A stretch of DNA of 64,000 bases from a virus. The notes below the pieces were generated by a model. It was not told the DNA's origin. It was given only the letters and a program-made list of their open reading frames with translations, and did no database searches. The number at the start of each line of letters is the position of its first letter. Within the stretch, counting starts at the first letter, position 1. A program made the position numbers and the translations under genes. Of this stretch, positions 38,111 to 47,493 are shown one piece after another. The stretch spans positions 1-64,000 of IMG/VR virus record IMGVR_UViG_3300031576_000030. One strand, written 5' to 3'.

Positions 38111-38431
38111 ATGCCTGACTCACAACCGTTCGACCAGTGGGCCGTCCTGGAAATCATGGGCCACGTCCGCCTGGCCGGTCGCGTCCGCGAACAGTCCGTC
38201 GCCGGCACCGGCTTCCTGCGCATCGACGTGCCCGAAACCGTTGGCCTGCCCGCCTTCACCCGCCTGTATGGGACCAACACCATCTACAGCATCACCCCAG
38301 TCTCCGAAGAGTTCGCCCGCCAAGCCGCTGCCGCCCTGCGCGAAACGCCCGTGAATGTCTACGTGCCTGCCCTACATCCCCCGCAACCCTCCCTGTTCCA
38401 CGGTGAACAATACGACGATGACGACGAATAA
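38111..38431 (+). CDS. conserved phage hypothetical protein
   Basis: WAVLEIMGH..AGRV..FLRIDVP..IYSITP; AAGGA RBS. Confidence 0.7.
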   Translation: MPDSQPFDQWAVLEIMGHVRLAGRVREQSVAGTGFLRIDVPETVGLPAFTRLYGTNTIYSITPVSEEFARQAAAALRETPVNVYVPALHPPQPSLFHGEQYDDDDE

Positions 38432-38741
38432 GTACCGCGCCGTCCCCACCACCCTCGACGGCGTCCGCTTTGCCTCTAAACGCGAAGCCGCTCGCTATGC
38501 CGACCTGCGCCTCCTGCAAAAAGCAGGCCAACTCACCGACCTGCGCTGCCAGGTCGCCTTCGACCTCCGCGTTAACAATATCGCCGTCGCCATCTACGTC
38601 GCCGACTTCACCTACCATACCCCCGATGGCGCACGGGTCGTCGAAGATGTCAAATGCCCCCCCACCCGTACCCCCCTCTATCGCCTTAAAAAGAAACTGA
38701 TGAAGGCCGTCCATAATATCGACATCACCGAAGTCGAGTGA
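38418..38741 (+). CDS. DUF1064-family PD-(D/E)xK nuclease
   Basis: NKYRA..DGVRFASKREA..YVADFTY..VVEDVK..YRLKKKLM. Confidence 0.85.
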   Translation: MTTNKYRAVPTTLDGVRFASKREAARYADLRLLQKAGQLTDLRCQVAFDLRVNNIAVAIYVADFTYHTPDGARVVEDVKCPPTRTPLYRLKKKLMKAVHNIDITEVE

Positions 38742-38772
38742 CCCTCCCCCCCCCCTTTTCCTTATGTCAATA

Positions 38773-38832
38773 CAATAATTCGGTCAACCTACTCCAATAA
38801 TTCGGTCAAGTTGCCTAACAATCGCCTAACAA
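38773..38832. repeat. short direct repeats
   Basis: CAATAATTCGGTCAA at 38773 and 38795; GCCTAACAA at 38813 and 38824. Confidence 0.85.
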
Positions 38833-39030
38833 CACTGTTCGCCTGAATTGCAGTCAGATTGCCCAACGATGTGAGTTCCCCCAATGTCGTTGGAATAATG
38901 CCTGAAATGCGCGGGGACACCTACCGACGCTTGGCCGATGGCCGCACTTTCCCAGTGCGGCCAATGTGGGGGGGTCCGCCGCCTGCAGTGACCGGCGGAC
39001 CCCGTAGGTGAGCGGTGGTGATCGGCCTTG

Positions 39031-39279
39031 CTAACCGCCCCCGTAGGTGTGTCGGTGAGCCACTTGCGCGGCGAGCCGTTGCAGCACATGGTCGAGAATG
39101 TCAGGCTGGTCGGTGTCGCCGTTGTCAGCAGCAGTGGGCATGGCCGGCGCGTTTTCGCGGTGCTTGGCCTCACGCCGAGCGATTTTGGCTTGCATCGCCG
39201 CCAGTTTAGCAGCAGCCGCTTGACGTGCTTCTGCCGTTTCAACAACGGCCAAAGTGAGCACGTGCTTGCTAATTTTCAT
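39031..39279 (-). CDS. hypothetical protein
   Basis: GGAGAG-rich RBS. Confidence 0.55.
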   Translation of the reverse strand: MKISKHVLTLAVVETAEARQAAAAKLAAMQAKIARREAKHRENAPAMPTAADNGDTDQPDILDHVLQRLAAQVAHRHTYGGG

Positions 39280-39307
39280 TGTCGTCTCTCTCTCCCCAAA
39301 AGGTAGT

Positions 39308-39334
39308 GGCGGCCCGTCACCTCGACGGGCCGCC
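39308..39334 (-). terminator. GC-rich hairpin
   Basis: GGCGGCCCGTC/GACGGGCCGCC 11-bp stem downstream of the 39352 gene. Confidence 0.55.
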
Positions 39335-39351
39335 GAACTGGTGTCGCTGTG

Positions 39352-39858
39352 CTACTTGCTTCTAGGTTTTCGGTTAGTGCTGGTAGACACCGCAGGCTCA
39401 GGCAGTTTTCCGGGCACCGCGTCGCCTGGGATAAAATTAGCGCGTGACTTGTCGCTCGCGCCGAACTTGGCTTGACTGCCAGCAGCAGCGACGCGCGCAG
39501 CGACGCGAGTGTTCAACGCGGCCAAAACTTTGGCGATGGTGTCCTCGTCGATGTTAGCAGCAGTCAATTGCTTCTCGACACCGACATTGCGCGAGGCTAA
39601 CTTCGCGGCATCGGCCTCGTCTTTCTCCGCCCTCCACTTCAAGACTGCCGTTTTGAACTCGGCCAACACTGTGGGTGTGTTGCGAGTCGCAATCAATGTC
39701 AAAGACGCCGAATAGTTGAACGACAATCCGGCGACGTTGATTTTTCCGCCAAGACTCAGGCCGCCGTTTTTATTCGGCGCGATCCACAAGCCCTGCGGTA
39801 AGATCGACTTGCCAAACAGAAACAACACAATCGCTCCAACAACATCGTTAATGTTCAT
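39352..39858 (-). CDS. hypothetical protein
   Basis: AGGAGG RBS before ATG 39858. Confidence 0.65.
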   Translation of the reverse strand: MNINDVVGAIVLFLFGKSILPQGLWIAPNKNGGLSLGGKINVAGLSFNYSASLTLIATRNTPTVLAEFKTAVLKWRAEKDEADAAKLASRNVGVEKQLTAANIDEDTIAKVLAALNTRVAARVAAAGSQAKFGASDKSRANFIPGDAVPGKLPEPAVSTSTNRKPRSK

Positions 39859-40368
39859 TGTCCTAACCCTCCTGGCCGTGAGAGGCCGATAAAGCGGCAT
39901 CCGCCGCGCGTGCAAGAACGGCCATAGTCTAACCGAGTTCGGCTCAGCCTCCGCTAAACTTTCGCTAAACATTTCAACGAAATTCCTAAACATTCTGCTC
40001 ATTTTTCTAAGCAAACGTTAAGGAATTTCCGAGCCGAATTTAGCGATAATTTAGGCGAACGCAGGCCGATTCGTGGTAGATTCGCGCGTGCTGGACGACA
40101 AGCCGCGCTGCGCGAATTAGCCGTAGTACGAATCACTGGTGGTAGTCGTCCAGCGTACTATCCTATAGCGGTAACGGGCAACGGGGGGCTATTGGGCGGT
40201 GGTAGGCAGATGAGGTCTATCAACATTATGTCTACCAGAGTAGGGTAACAGAATGAGTGAGGAAGGCAGGGAGGTAAGATATAGGGGCGGGGGAATTGAG
40301 GCATTGCATTGCTCCGGATCATACTCCTCAAATGACATGTTGACACTTCCTATTGACAGGGAACGCGC

Positions 40369-40686
40369 GTGAGTAAGGGCATTACCACGCCACTGTATGC
40401 CATCCTGCCAGCGCTACCGGGGCGCTGGACGATAGTATACCAGCCGATCAAGGATGAGAATAGTCAGACAACCGGATCGGTTACTGGCTACGGGGGTGAG
40501 GTAGAACTACGTGAGAGACTATCGGGCCTCGGCGTGACTATCCCCATTGTAGACTTCACCGATTGCAACATGTTGAAAGTCTGGAAATATCCCATATCAG
40601 CCATGCCAAATTACAGTTTCGATCCAGACGCATTGAGTCGTTTCCTGGACTATGCCGCACAGTGCGGGGCGCGTGTAACACTATGA
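40369..40686 (+). CDS. hypothetical early protein
   Basis: first of a dense run of small plus-strand ORFs. Confidence 0.5.
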   Translation: MSKGITTPLYAILPALPGRWTIVYQPIKDENSQTTGSVTGYGGEVELRERLSGLGVTIPIVDFTDCNMLKVWKYPISAMPNYSFDPDALSRFLDYAAQCGARVTL

Positions 40687-40750
40687 TGACCCCATGCCGC
40701 GCCGTCAATATCCCAGAAATTATCTTCGTGAGGACACTAGGAGGCCACCA

Positions 40751-41098
40751 ATGAATAAGAAAGCGGAGGTAGAACAATTCCTGCACGTACTGCACACCAT
40801 ATTCGACGGCGTATTCACGCATGGGAGTCACTCCTATTTCTGGCACGGGGGTTGCGTGAACGAGGTACTCAACTACTCTCTTGGTATGGGGATGTCTGAC
40901 CAGACGGATAGAGTCCCCGATCTCAGGCTATTCAACGATAGTCCGTGGACGAATGACCAGGCGCGTACGGATGCTATATTGCCGCTGATTATTTCCCTAT
41001 GGGACTGGGCAGAGTGGGGCGACGAGCGGCGTATGTGGTGGACTCGCCGCGTATGCTATATCGAACGCGGCGCGCGCTGTACTCGACGTCACTGGTAA
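40751..41098 (+). CDS. hypothetical early protein
   Basis: AGGAGG RBS. Confidence 0.6.
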   Translation: MNKKAEVEQFLHVLHTIFDGVFTHGSHSYFWHGGCVNEVLNYSLGMGMSDQTDRVPDLRLFNDSPWTNDQARTDAILPLIISLWDWAEWGDERRMWWTRRVCYIERGARCTRRHW

Positions 41099-41125
41099 GG
41101 GTGACGGTGGGATCGTATATCTAGC

Positions 41126-41569
41126 GTGCACTGCTTGGACAGAGGAGGCGTGCAAGTGCCCACTCCCGATGACATTGACAACGAGTTAGTCGCAAGGCTG
41201 GTGTCCAGCCTACGGCAGTGCGAAGCCGATGGCTGGCAGGCCGACATGGGGAATTACGGCTTCATCGTGGGATACAACCGCGCCATTACTCCCACAGGCG
41301 GCAAGTGTTGTTTCTTGGGAGCCGAGATGTTGAAGTCTCACAGAGGCTACCAGTCGCCCACCTGGGACAAATCTGACGCTATCTGTAGCGCACTGGGGCT
41401 GAGTAACAATTTTGTGATCGGATTCAATCGCGCTGTGGTGACACTACAATTGTCTCTCTACGAGGAACATTTATTCCCCCACCCGGATACAGAGATTCAG
41501 CGCGGCCAAGCACACGGCATCGCGGCCTATTGGATGTGGAAGGGAGGCTCGGATGAGCAAACTGTTTGA
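41126..41569 (+). CDS. hypothetical early protein
   Basis: ORF; likely start at a GTG ~41150 after GAGGAGG. Confidence 0.55.
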   Translation: MHCLDRGGVQVPTPDDIDNELVARLVSSLRQCEADGWQADMGNYGFIVGYNRAITPTGGKCCFLGAEMLKSHRGYQSPTWDKSDAICSALGLSNNFVIGFNRAVVTLQLSLYEEHLFPHPDTEIQRGQAHGIAAYWMWKGGSDEQTV

Positions 41570-42041
41570 GTTCAAGTGGACAACCTCACGGGCGAAGGAT
41601 ACCTACGGCTATAACGTCTGCAGCCTATGGGTGGATGGGCGGAAGGTCTCCTCATGCAGTGGGGGCGGCTATGACATGCAGGGTACCTGCCTGGCCGATT
41701 ACATTGCCGCCCAATACGCCAACCGCCTTCTGGATAATAATGAAGAATTCTATGGACTGTCCTACGAGGATCCGACTTTCGATCCGGGGAAGGCCGTGCT
41801 ACCCGATGGGCGCACCCTCGAGGAGCAGGAGGCATCAGGCATGAGCCTGTGGCTTTTGCGCTGCCAAGCATGGGACCAAGCCACCAGCCGGAAACCGACA
41901 GAGCGGCACACTGTCCCGATCATCGACGGCGGATGTGGATTCAGCGCAGTCGAGCGTATCATAGGTGCTATTGGGTTGCGGCTACAGCACATCAAGCGTG
42001 GCCTCTACCTTCTGGAGGATACTCAACAGGAGGCGAAATGA
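41553..42041 (+). CDS. conserved phage hypothetical protein
   Basis: GGGYDMQGT and IDGGCG motifs; GGAGG RBS. Confidence 0.7.
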   Translation: MSKLFEFKWTTSRAKDTYGYNVCSLWVDGRKVSSCSGGGYDMQGTCLADYIAAQYANRLLDNNEEFYGLSYEDPTFDPGKAVLPDGRTLEEQEASGMSLWLLRCQAWDQATSRKPTERHTVPIIDGGCGFSAVERIIGAIGLRLQHIKRGLYLLEDTQQEAK

Positions 42042-42421
42042 AGATTCCCAAGACGATAGAGATCACATTGAAGCACGTTGAGCGTGGTGTTCGCGGAAGT
42101 TCTTTATCCTGCCCCGTGGCGCTGGCCCTGGCCGACGCCTTTCCGGGATGCCGAACCGTTGAAGCCTTCCAGGGCTGGGGATACGTCCAAGTGGAAGGAA
42201 TTGAGATCCGATTAGGCTGGTCGAGGCGTCTCACTGATTTCATCCTTCGTTATGATGATCTTGGGACTCCCATCACTATCGGGAAGAAGCATCGCCTAAC
42301 GCTATTAGACGTTTCCCGCGCGGGGAGGATCTCTCTCCGCAGGGGATGGATGAGGCCGGCGCGCACCTCGTTGCTTATCGAGTCACACAATTGCCGTAGA
42401 AGGGAGAAGGAGTCATGCTAA
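42038..42421 (+). CDS. CPVA-family small protein, paralog 1
   Basis: IEITLKHVERG..SCPVALAL; AGGAGG RBS. Confidence 0.65.
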   Translation: MKIPKTIEITLKHVERGVRGSSLSCPVALALADAFPGCRTVEAFQGWGYVQVEGIEIRLGWSRRLTDFILRYDDLGTPITIGKKHRLTLLDVSRAGRISLRRGWMRPARTSLLIESHNCRRREKESC

Positions 42422-42936
42422 CCATTTACACGCCGCATACTATCAGGCTGGAAAACGGCAAGTATATATTCAGGGACATTACCCCTGGCGAGTTTCGCCG
42501 TTGGGAGGGCATGGCAATTTTCGACGTGGCGGAGTCTGGACACAACGTCCGTGCCAGCCGATGTGTGGACATATCAGCGGTGAGTTTTCCAACGCTCGGT
42601 CGGCGCATCCGGCACAGTGCGCATCTGAACTTCAACGCATTCAGCGATACCTCCATCACCTTCGATGAGTCTCTTGCAGGCGGACTGAGTTATCTCGGCT
42701 ATGAACAGATAAGCCGCGTTCCATCCAACCTAGCACCCTATGTCCGTCTGGCACGCGATAATCCTGAGATCGAACTGTCCGTGACGACCTCCCAGGACTA
42801 CGAGCCTGCCATGCACACGACGTATAACATCTACAAACGTATCGATCATGTTGTCATACATAAGTACGACCGGGGCCGAGAGAGAACCTGGATCACCCAG
42901 GATTACCGGACCCGGCATCTGGTCGATGTTGACTGA
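42415..42936 (+). CDS. hypothetical protein
   Basis: AAGGAG RBS. Confidence 0.6.
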   Translation: MLTIYTPHTIRLENGKYIFRDITPGEFRRWEGMAIFDVAESGHNVRASRCVDISAVSFPTLGRRIRHSAHLNFNAFSDTSITFDESLAGGLSYLGYEQISRVPSNLAPYVRLARDNPEIELSVTTSQDYEPAMHTTYNIYKRIDHVVIHKYDRGRERTWITQDYRTRHLVDVD

Positions 42937-42971
42937 CACGAAAGATTAGCCATGAGGGAAAGGAGAGAGAC

Positions 42972-43673
42972 ATGGACAATCCCTACGATGAGAAGCAAGT
43001 GAAACGCTATGGACTCGACTTCACCGTATCTTGGTGCTACGACGAACTGTCCAGCATCGACGACACGTTGGGCCAGTACAGCCAGGTGGCGCGATTCGGG
43101 GCCATTGACTGCGAGACTGGTTACGTACTGGGCAAGGTTGAGGATGCGCCGGAACAGGGGGAAGATGACTCGGACGAGTCGTTTGAGAAGGCCAAGTCGG
43201 AGTACAAAAGCAATCACGATGATGACACTGGACGGTTTATCTTGGGACTGTCACCAATCTACCGGAGGGAGAGGGACTCGTTGCGTTACTTCCACCCCAT
43301 CAATCCGGTACAGCCAGGCAGTCTATCCGAACTGACCTATGCCATTCAGGATCATCGGAGGGCCGAGAATTGGGGGACGGAGTGGCAGTACGTGGGGTGT
43401 GGTGTGTCTATCCAGGGCCTCGAAGAACACACTGAGAGCCTTTGGGGAATCGAGAGCGACATGGGCGACAAGTACAAGAATGAAGTGGAAGAGGAGTTGA
43501 TCGAAGGACTGTATAAGTCTATCCCCACCATCATCGCGGACGTTCGCCGCAAGGCGCGCCAACAGGTGAAGTTGCTTCAATCTGCTACTGACGTGAAGGG
43601 AGGTGAACAGAAAAAACTCTCACCGCGCGTTAATCGCCGCGCGCGCAAAAATCGCGTAGAATCAGCGGCGTAA
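42972..43673 (+). CDS. hypothetical acidic protein
   Basis: AGGAG RBS; W.YVG..SLWGIESD motif common in phage early proteins. Confidence 0.65.
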   Translation: MDNPYDEKQVKRYGLDFTVSWCYDELSSIDDTLGQYSQVARFGAIDCETGYVLGKVEDAPEQGEDDSDESFEKAKSEYKSNHDDDTGRFILGLSPIYRRERDSLRYFHPINPVQPGSLSELTYAIQDHRRAENWGTEWQYVGCGVSIQGLEEHTESLWGIESDMGDKYKNEVEEELIEGLYKSIPTIIADVRRKARQQVKLLQSATDVKGGEQKKLSPRVNRRARKNRVESAA

Positions 43674-43697
43674 AACTTTTTTCCCCAGGAGGCGAAT

Positions 43698-44738
43698 ATG
43701 ACCACTCAACTGTACGATCTGCTGGATCGAAGCCAGCAGCACGACATTCAGAAACACGACTGGAAGGCGCTGCCGCAAGAGTTGGCCCTCGACGCGGACG
43801 CACGACTCAACGTCCCCTCGCCCTATGGCCTGGGGCCCGCACCGATGGCCCTGTCCGACCTGGCCCTGTCTCACCTGTGCGCCAAGTTGGGGCCGGCAGT
43901 ATTCGGCAAGGGCTCGGATAAGACCCTGCCGAGAAATTACTTGGCGGCAGTAGATCCAGCGCTGCGCGCCACCAACCTCAATACCGCCCTGCGCCGCGCC
44001 TCCAACGGAAATTGGACGGTGCGCGGCTATGGCGACACCTGCCGCGCGGTGCTGGCCGGGGACTATCCCGACATCCGCAACACCGAGTTGATCCAGGCCC
44101 TGGCCGATGTGGTGGATCGGGAGAGCCTGCCGGAGTTCCAGGTGTGTTATCGGTCGACGGTCGACGCCGACCATCTCAACCTACGGGCTGTGTTCAAGAA
44201 TGTGGATCCCGAACGCGGCTATGGAGCGGGAATCTACCTGGGCAACTCCGAGGTGGGCCAGGGCAAGGTCAAGGTGTTCGGCATGATCTGGCGTGACGGC
44301 TGCACCAACGCCGCGATCATCGACGATGAGAACGGCCTGGCGATGATTCACATGGGTAGCCGCGCGGCGATGATGGTGCAGGTATTGGGGGCCATCGGGC
44401 GCATCCTGCCAGTGGCGGCGGAGTACGTGGACAAACTCATCCTGGCCGAGGGCCAGGCCATGCCCAGCATCTCGGATGTGATCGGCGGGTTGGCCGTCAA
44501 GCACAAATGGACGGATGACTTCAAGATGCATGTTCTCCTGGGCACCGAGGGCCAGGAAACACTGGCAGGACTGGTGAACGGCGTCACCTTTGCCGCCCAC
44601 ACTGCTATCCAGGGCGATGAGAGTGCTACTACCGAGTGGGAGATATTCGGCGGTCGTCTGCTGGTTGCCCCGGACAGCCTCTTTGCCGAGGCCGCTCGTC
44701 TGTCGCGGCGTATTCGGGCAGGCTTGGAAGCGGAGTAG
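43698..44738 (+). CDS. DUF932-like protein
   Basis: RAVL..Y..N, GIYLGNSEVG, CTNA, H.G. Confidence 0.75.
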   Translation: MTTQLYDLLDRSQQHDIQKHDWKALPQELALDADARLNVPSPYGLGPAPMALSDLALSHLCAKLGPAVFGKGSDKTLPRNYLAAVDPALRATNLNTALRRASNGNWTVRGYGDTCRAVLAGDYPDIRNTELIQALADVVDRESLPEFQVCYRSTVDADHLNLRAVFKNVDPERGYGAGIYLGNSEVGQGKVKVFGMIWRDGCTNAAIIDDENGLAMIHMGSRAAMMVQVLGAIGRILPVAAEYVDKLILAEGQAMPSISDVIGGLAVKHKWTDDFKMHVLLGTEGQETLAGLVNGVTFAAHTAIQGDESATTEWEIFGGRLLVAPDSLFAEAARLSRRIRAGLEAE

Positions 44739-44786
44739 TCTGTGAGTTATAGGCCCGGCAGGGGGGCCGGGCCAGGAGACTATCCT

Positions 44787-45071
44787 ATGAAGAAATTACC
44801 CAAGACTATCACGATCTACATTACGACCTCTCGAGTCCGGCGCGGCATCCGCAAAATCAGTGCGGAGTGTCCGGTCGCCGTGGCCGTTCGGGATGCTCTG
44901 AGTCGACCTGGCCTGGGTGTTTATGTAGTCCCTGGTGGCACTAGGATACACCCAGGCCCTCGGGAGTGGCCCGTAGACTTCACCCACAGCCGTGTTCTCT
45001 GTAGACGCATCAACCATTACGACGCTACCGGGATCTTCCACAGCGGACGATTCATCCTGCGCAGGATATAG
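44787..45071 (+). CDS. CPVA-family small protein, paralog 2
   Basis: ITIYITTSRVRRG..ECPVAVAV. Confidence 0.65.
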   Translation: MKKLPKTITIYITTSRVRRGIRKISAECPVAVAVRDALSRPGLGVYVVPGGTRIHPGPREWPVDFTHSRVLCRRINHYDATGIFHSGRFILRRI

Positions 45072-45073
45072 AC

Positions 45074-45319
45074 ATGATCATAATCACTCCCATGAATATA
45101 TGGCAACAGGCACAGGCCGAGGCATTTGAGATCCTGGACGAGACGACGATCCGTGACTTCGCCCGGCGGTGGGATGAGCCGTGGGCCGAGTTCCACGGTT
45201 TGCTATTCTGGCGCGCCGTCCACCTCAGCCGAGTCAATTGCAGGGCCATCTCGGTTGAGAAGCAAACTCAGAGTTTCATGTGGCTGCGCGAACACGGCTA
45301 CGATGTGAGGGTAGAGTAA
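45074..45319 (+). CDS. hypothetical protein
   Basis: ORF coupled to next gene. Confidence 0.55.
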   Translation: MIIITPMNIWQQAQAEAFEILDETTIRDFARRWDEPWAEFHGLLFWRAVHLSRVNCRAISVEKQTQSFMWLREHGYDVRVE

Positions 45320-45879
45320 TGTACCTCGATGAATCCTACCTGATCTGGAAGTGTGCCAACGAAAGCGGCGCGCGTCCCCTATTGGGACATGTCCTCATCA
45401 AACGCACCAACGTAGACTCTGGCATGGCTGTCGCCTCGGACGGATTCATCTTGGCAGTAGTCCCGGTCACACTTGACGAGAGCGACCGGGTAGGTCTCGT
45501 GTCGGCCAAGTATCTCCGGGAGTCCCTCAAAGCGGCTAAGGGGACTCCGATCAGCCTAAACGACACAAATGTAGGCAACTCCAAGGGACTGTTCCCTCGC
45601 TACGAGTGGGACATAGACGGCAACTCGGAGTACCCGGAATATCAAAATATTATCCCCAAGCCGCCCATGGGGTCGACGGTGAATGTGTTAGGCATCAATC
45701 TGAAACTACTGACAAGGGTTACACAGGCTATCGGGTCGCCAAAACCCATCATCCTGACACTCTGCGGTGGCAACGTCTCACTGCTCTTGGTTGAGCACCA
45801 TCTTCGCGAGAATGGGGTGCCGGTGCCGCCCTTTGGACTGGTAATGCCCATGCACATCGACCCAGGATGGCAACCGTGA
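45319..45879 (+). CDS. DNA polymerase III beta-clamp-like protein (partial clamp)
   Basis: RPLLGHV, AVASDGFILA, YPEYQNIIP, GINLKLL, GLVMPM match DnaN domain II-III motifs. Confidence 0.7.
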   Translation: MYLDESYLIWKCANESGARPLLGHVLIKRTNVDSGMAVASDGFILAVVPVTLDESDRVGLVSAKYLRESLKAAKGTPISLNDTNVGNSKGLFPRYEWDIDGNSEYPEYQNIIPKPPMGSTVNVLGINLKLLTRVTQAIGSPKPIILTLCGGNVSLLLVEHHLRENGVPVPPFGLVMPMHIDPGWQP

Positions 45880-46128
45880 TTTGTCCTCAGTGCCGTCAAG
45901 AACTAAACCGCTGGCGAGACTGCCCGCGTTGCGGCTCGATGCGGGAATTGGCCGACTATTACCGGCGGGAACTGATCCGGTTGTGGGTCCTCGCCCTCTA
46001 TCGGCCTCCAGAGAAGTGGGAGTGGCTGATACGCGCTGTGGAATCGATCCTCGCCCATCGAGTCGTCATGGGCATCGATGCCGTTTTCGGCCAGATCGTG
46101 AGCGAGTTGGAGGCATTGGATTGGAGAG

Positions 46129-46656
46129 ATGATCAAACTGACCCCCACACAATACGAGGACGTGTCGCGCCGAGTCCAGATCTGGACTCAGCGACGCAGC
46201 CGGGCCTGGTGGCTGGCGAGGCCGACCGGCTGGGGCAAGAGTTACACGGCGCTGACGGCGATAGAGGCGATGCGGCAGGGGAAGGGGCGGGTGCTGATCG
46301 TGGCTGAGAAGTCGGCCATCCGCCAATGGGTGGGCTACTGCCGCGATCTGGGGCTGTCGCCGGTCGGGGTGGTGTCGGGTCACTCGGCCATCGTCGAGCA
46401 GCGGGTGGACGACCTGGCCCGCGTGCCCTCGGCCTACGTGATCACCAACTACGCCCGCCTCACCTTACCCTGGCCGCCACTGTTCGCGGTCGTGTTCGAC
46501 GAGATAGAGCGCTACCTGACCAACTGGCGCGCCGCCAAGCGCTACAAGGCGGCCCAGCGCTTGCAGGCGACTTACCGTGTGGGCCTGGGGGCAACGCCGC
46601 TGTTGAGGCATCCCGACCGCTTGTGGCCCATCCTGAGATTGCTAGAACCGGAGTAG
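46129..46656 (+). CDS. SNF2-like helicase, N-terminal part
   Basis: PTGWGKS, ITNYA, VVFDEIE, GLGATP, LWPILRLL. Confidence 0.8.
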   Translation: MIKLTPTQYEDVSRRVQIWTQRRSRAWWLARPTGWGKSYTALTAIEAMRQGKGRVLIVAEKSAIRQWVGYCRDLGLSPVGVVSGHSAIVEQRVDDLARVPSAYVITNYARLTLPWPPLFAVVFDEIERYLTNWRAAKRYKAAQRLQATYRVGLGATPLLRHPDRLWPILRLLEPE

Positions 46657-46667
46657 AGGAGGCAGAT

Positions 46668-46982
46668 ATGGACCCATTTGCGAACTTATATCTGGGAAAT
46701 TACCACGGTAGCGTGAATGATCCGGAATACTTCCCGCCCGAGGTGTTTGAACACGGCGTATGGAGACCAGTGGCCCACTTCTCCGCAGGGGAGGATGGTA
46801 GTGATGTGGAGATTCTTGAGATGCGGATGCCCTCACCCTTCTTCCGAGTGAGGATATGGGGCGACCACCCCTTGAGTCCGGCCTGGCAACTGGACACAGG
46901 CTCCAGCATGGGGGCGCTGGCCTTCGCCATCGCACGAGCGATAGCGAGTGGCACCCTCACCCTGGAGGTGAACAATGGATAA
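46668..46982 (+). CDS. hypothetical protein
   Basis: GAGGAGG RBS. Confidence 0.6.
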   Translation: MDPFANLYLGNYHGSVNDPEYFPPEVFEHGVWRPVAHFSAGEDGSDVEILEMRMPSPFFRVRIWGDHPLSPAWQLDTGSSMGALAFAIARAIASGTLTLEVNNG

Positions 46983-47235
46983 GGTCATCTATGTGTCCAT
47001 TCTTGACCGGCACATCCAGGCTGGGGTGAGGAAGTCCGAAACCCTATGCCCTGTGGCCCTGTGCCTGCGCGAGAAATACCCTGGGCACTCTATAGTCGTC
47101 GAACAGACTGTTACCACGATAGAAGACGATGTGTTTCTGATGAGTGACAGGCTGATCGATCAAGTGTCTTTATTCGACGAGGGCGGGGTGTTCCGCCCCG
47201 GTCGGTATCGGCTGACGATAGAGCCAAGAGAATAG
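46975..47235 (+). CDS. CPVA-family small protein, paralog 3
   Basis: IYVSILDRHIQAG..LCPVALCL; GGAGGT RBS. Confidence 0.7.
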   Translation: MDKVIYVSILDRHIQAGVRKSETLCPVALCLREKYPGHSIVVEQTVTTIEDDVFLMSDRLIDQVSLFDEGGVFRPGRYRLTIEPRE

Positions 47236-47244
47236 GAGGAATCT

Positions 47245-47493
47245 ATGGATTTCATTTACATAGAGATCAACCGCTCCCATGAAAGGCGAGGGATGAGAAG
47301 TGATCCACACCGCTGCGCAGTAAACCTGGCAATCCGCGACAGGTTTCCGGGTTCCATGGTGATCGTGGGCAGGAGGCGTTGCACCGTGGATGGCAAGATA
47401 TGGATCTTTAGACAGAGTCTATGTGATCAAGTGTACTCGTTCGACAAGACAGGAACAGTCCAACTTGGTCGTTACGAGATGGTGAGCGGATGA
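47245..47493 (+). CDS. CPVA-family small protein, paralog 4
   Basis: IYIEINRSHERRG..RCAVNLAI; AGGAGG RBS. Confidence 0.65.
   Translation: MDFIYIEINRSHERRGMRSDPHRCAVNLAIRDRFPGSMVIVGRRRCTVDGKIWIFRQSLCDQVYSFDKTGTVQLGRYEMVSG

Noticed and set aside
40130-40320. Possible second GY-periodic array in a G-rich tract
   Set aside because: GGY motifs are irregularly spaced and no continuous 5-nt register could be parsed.
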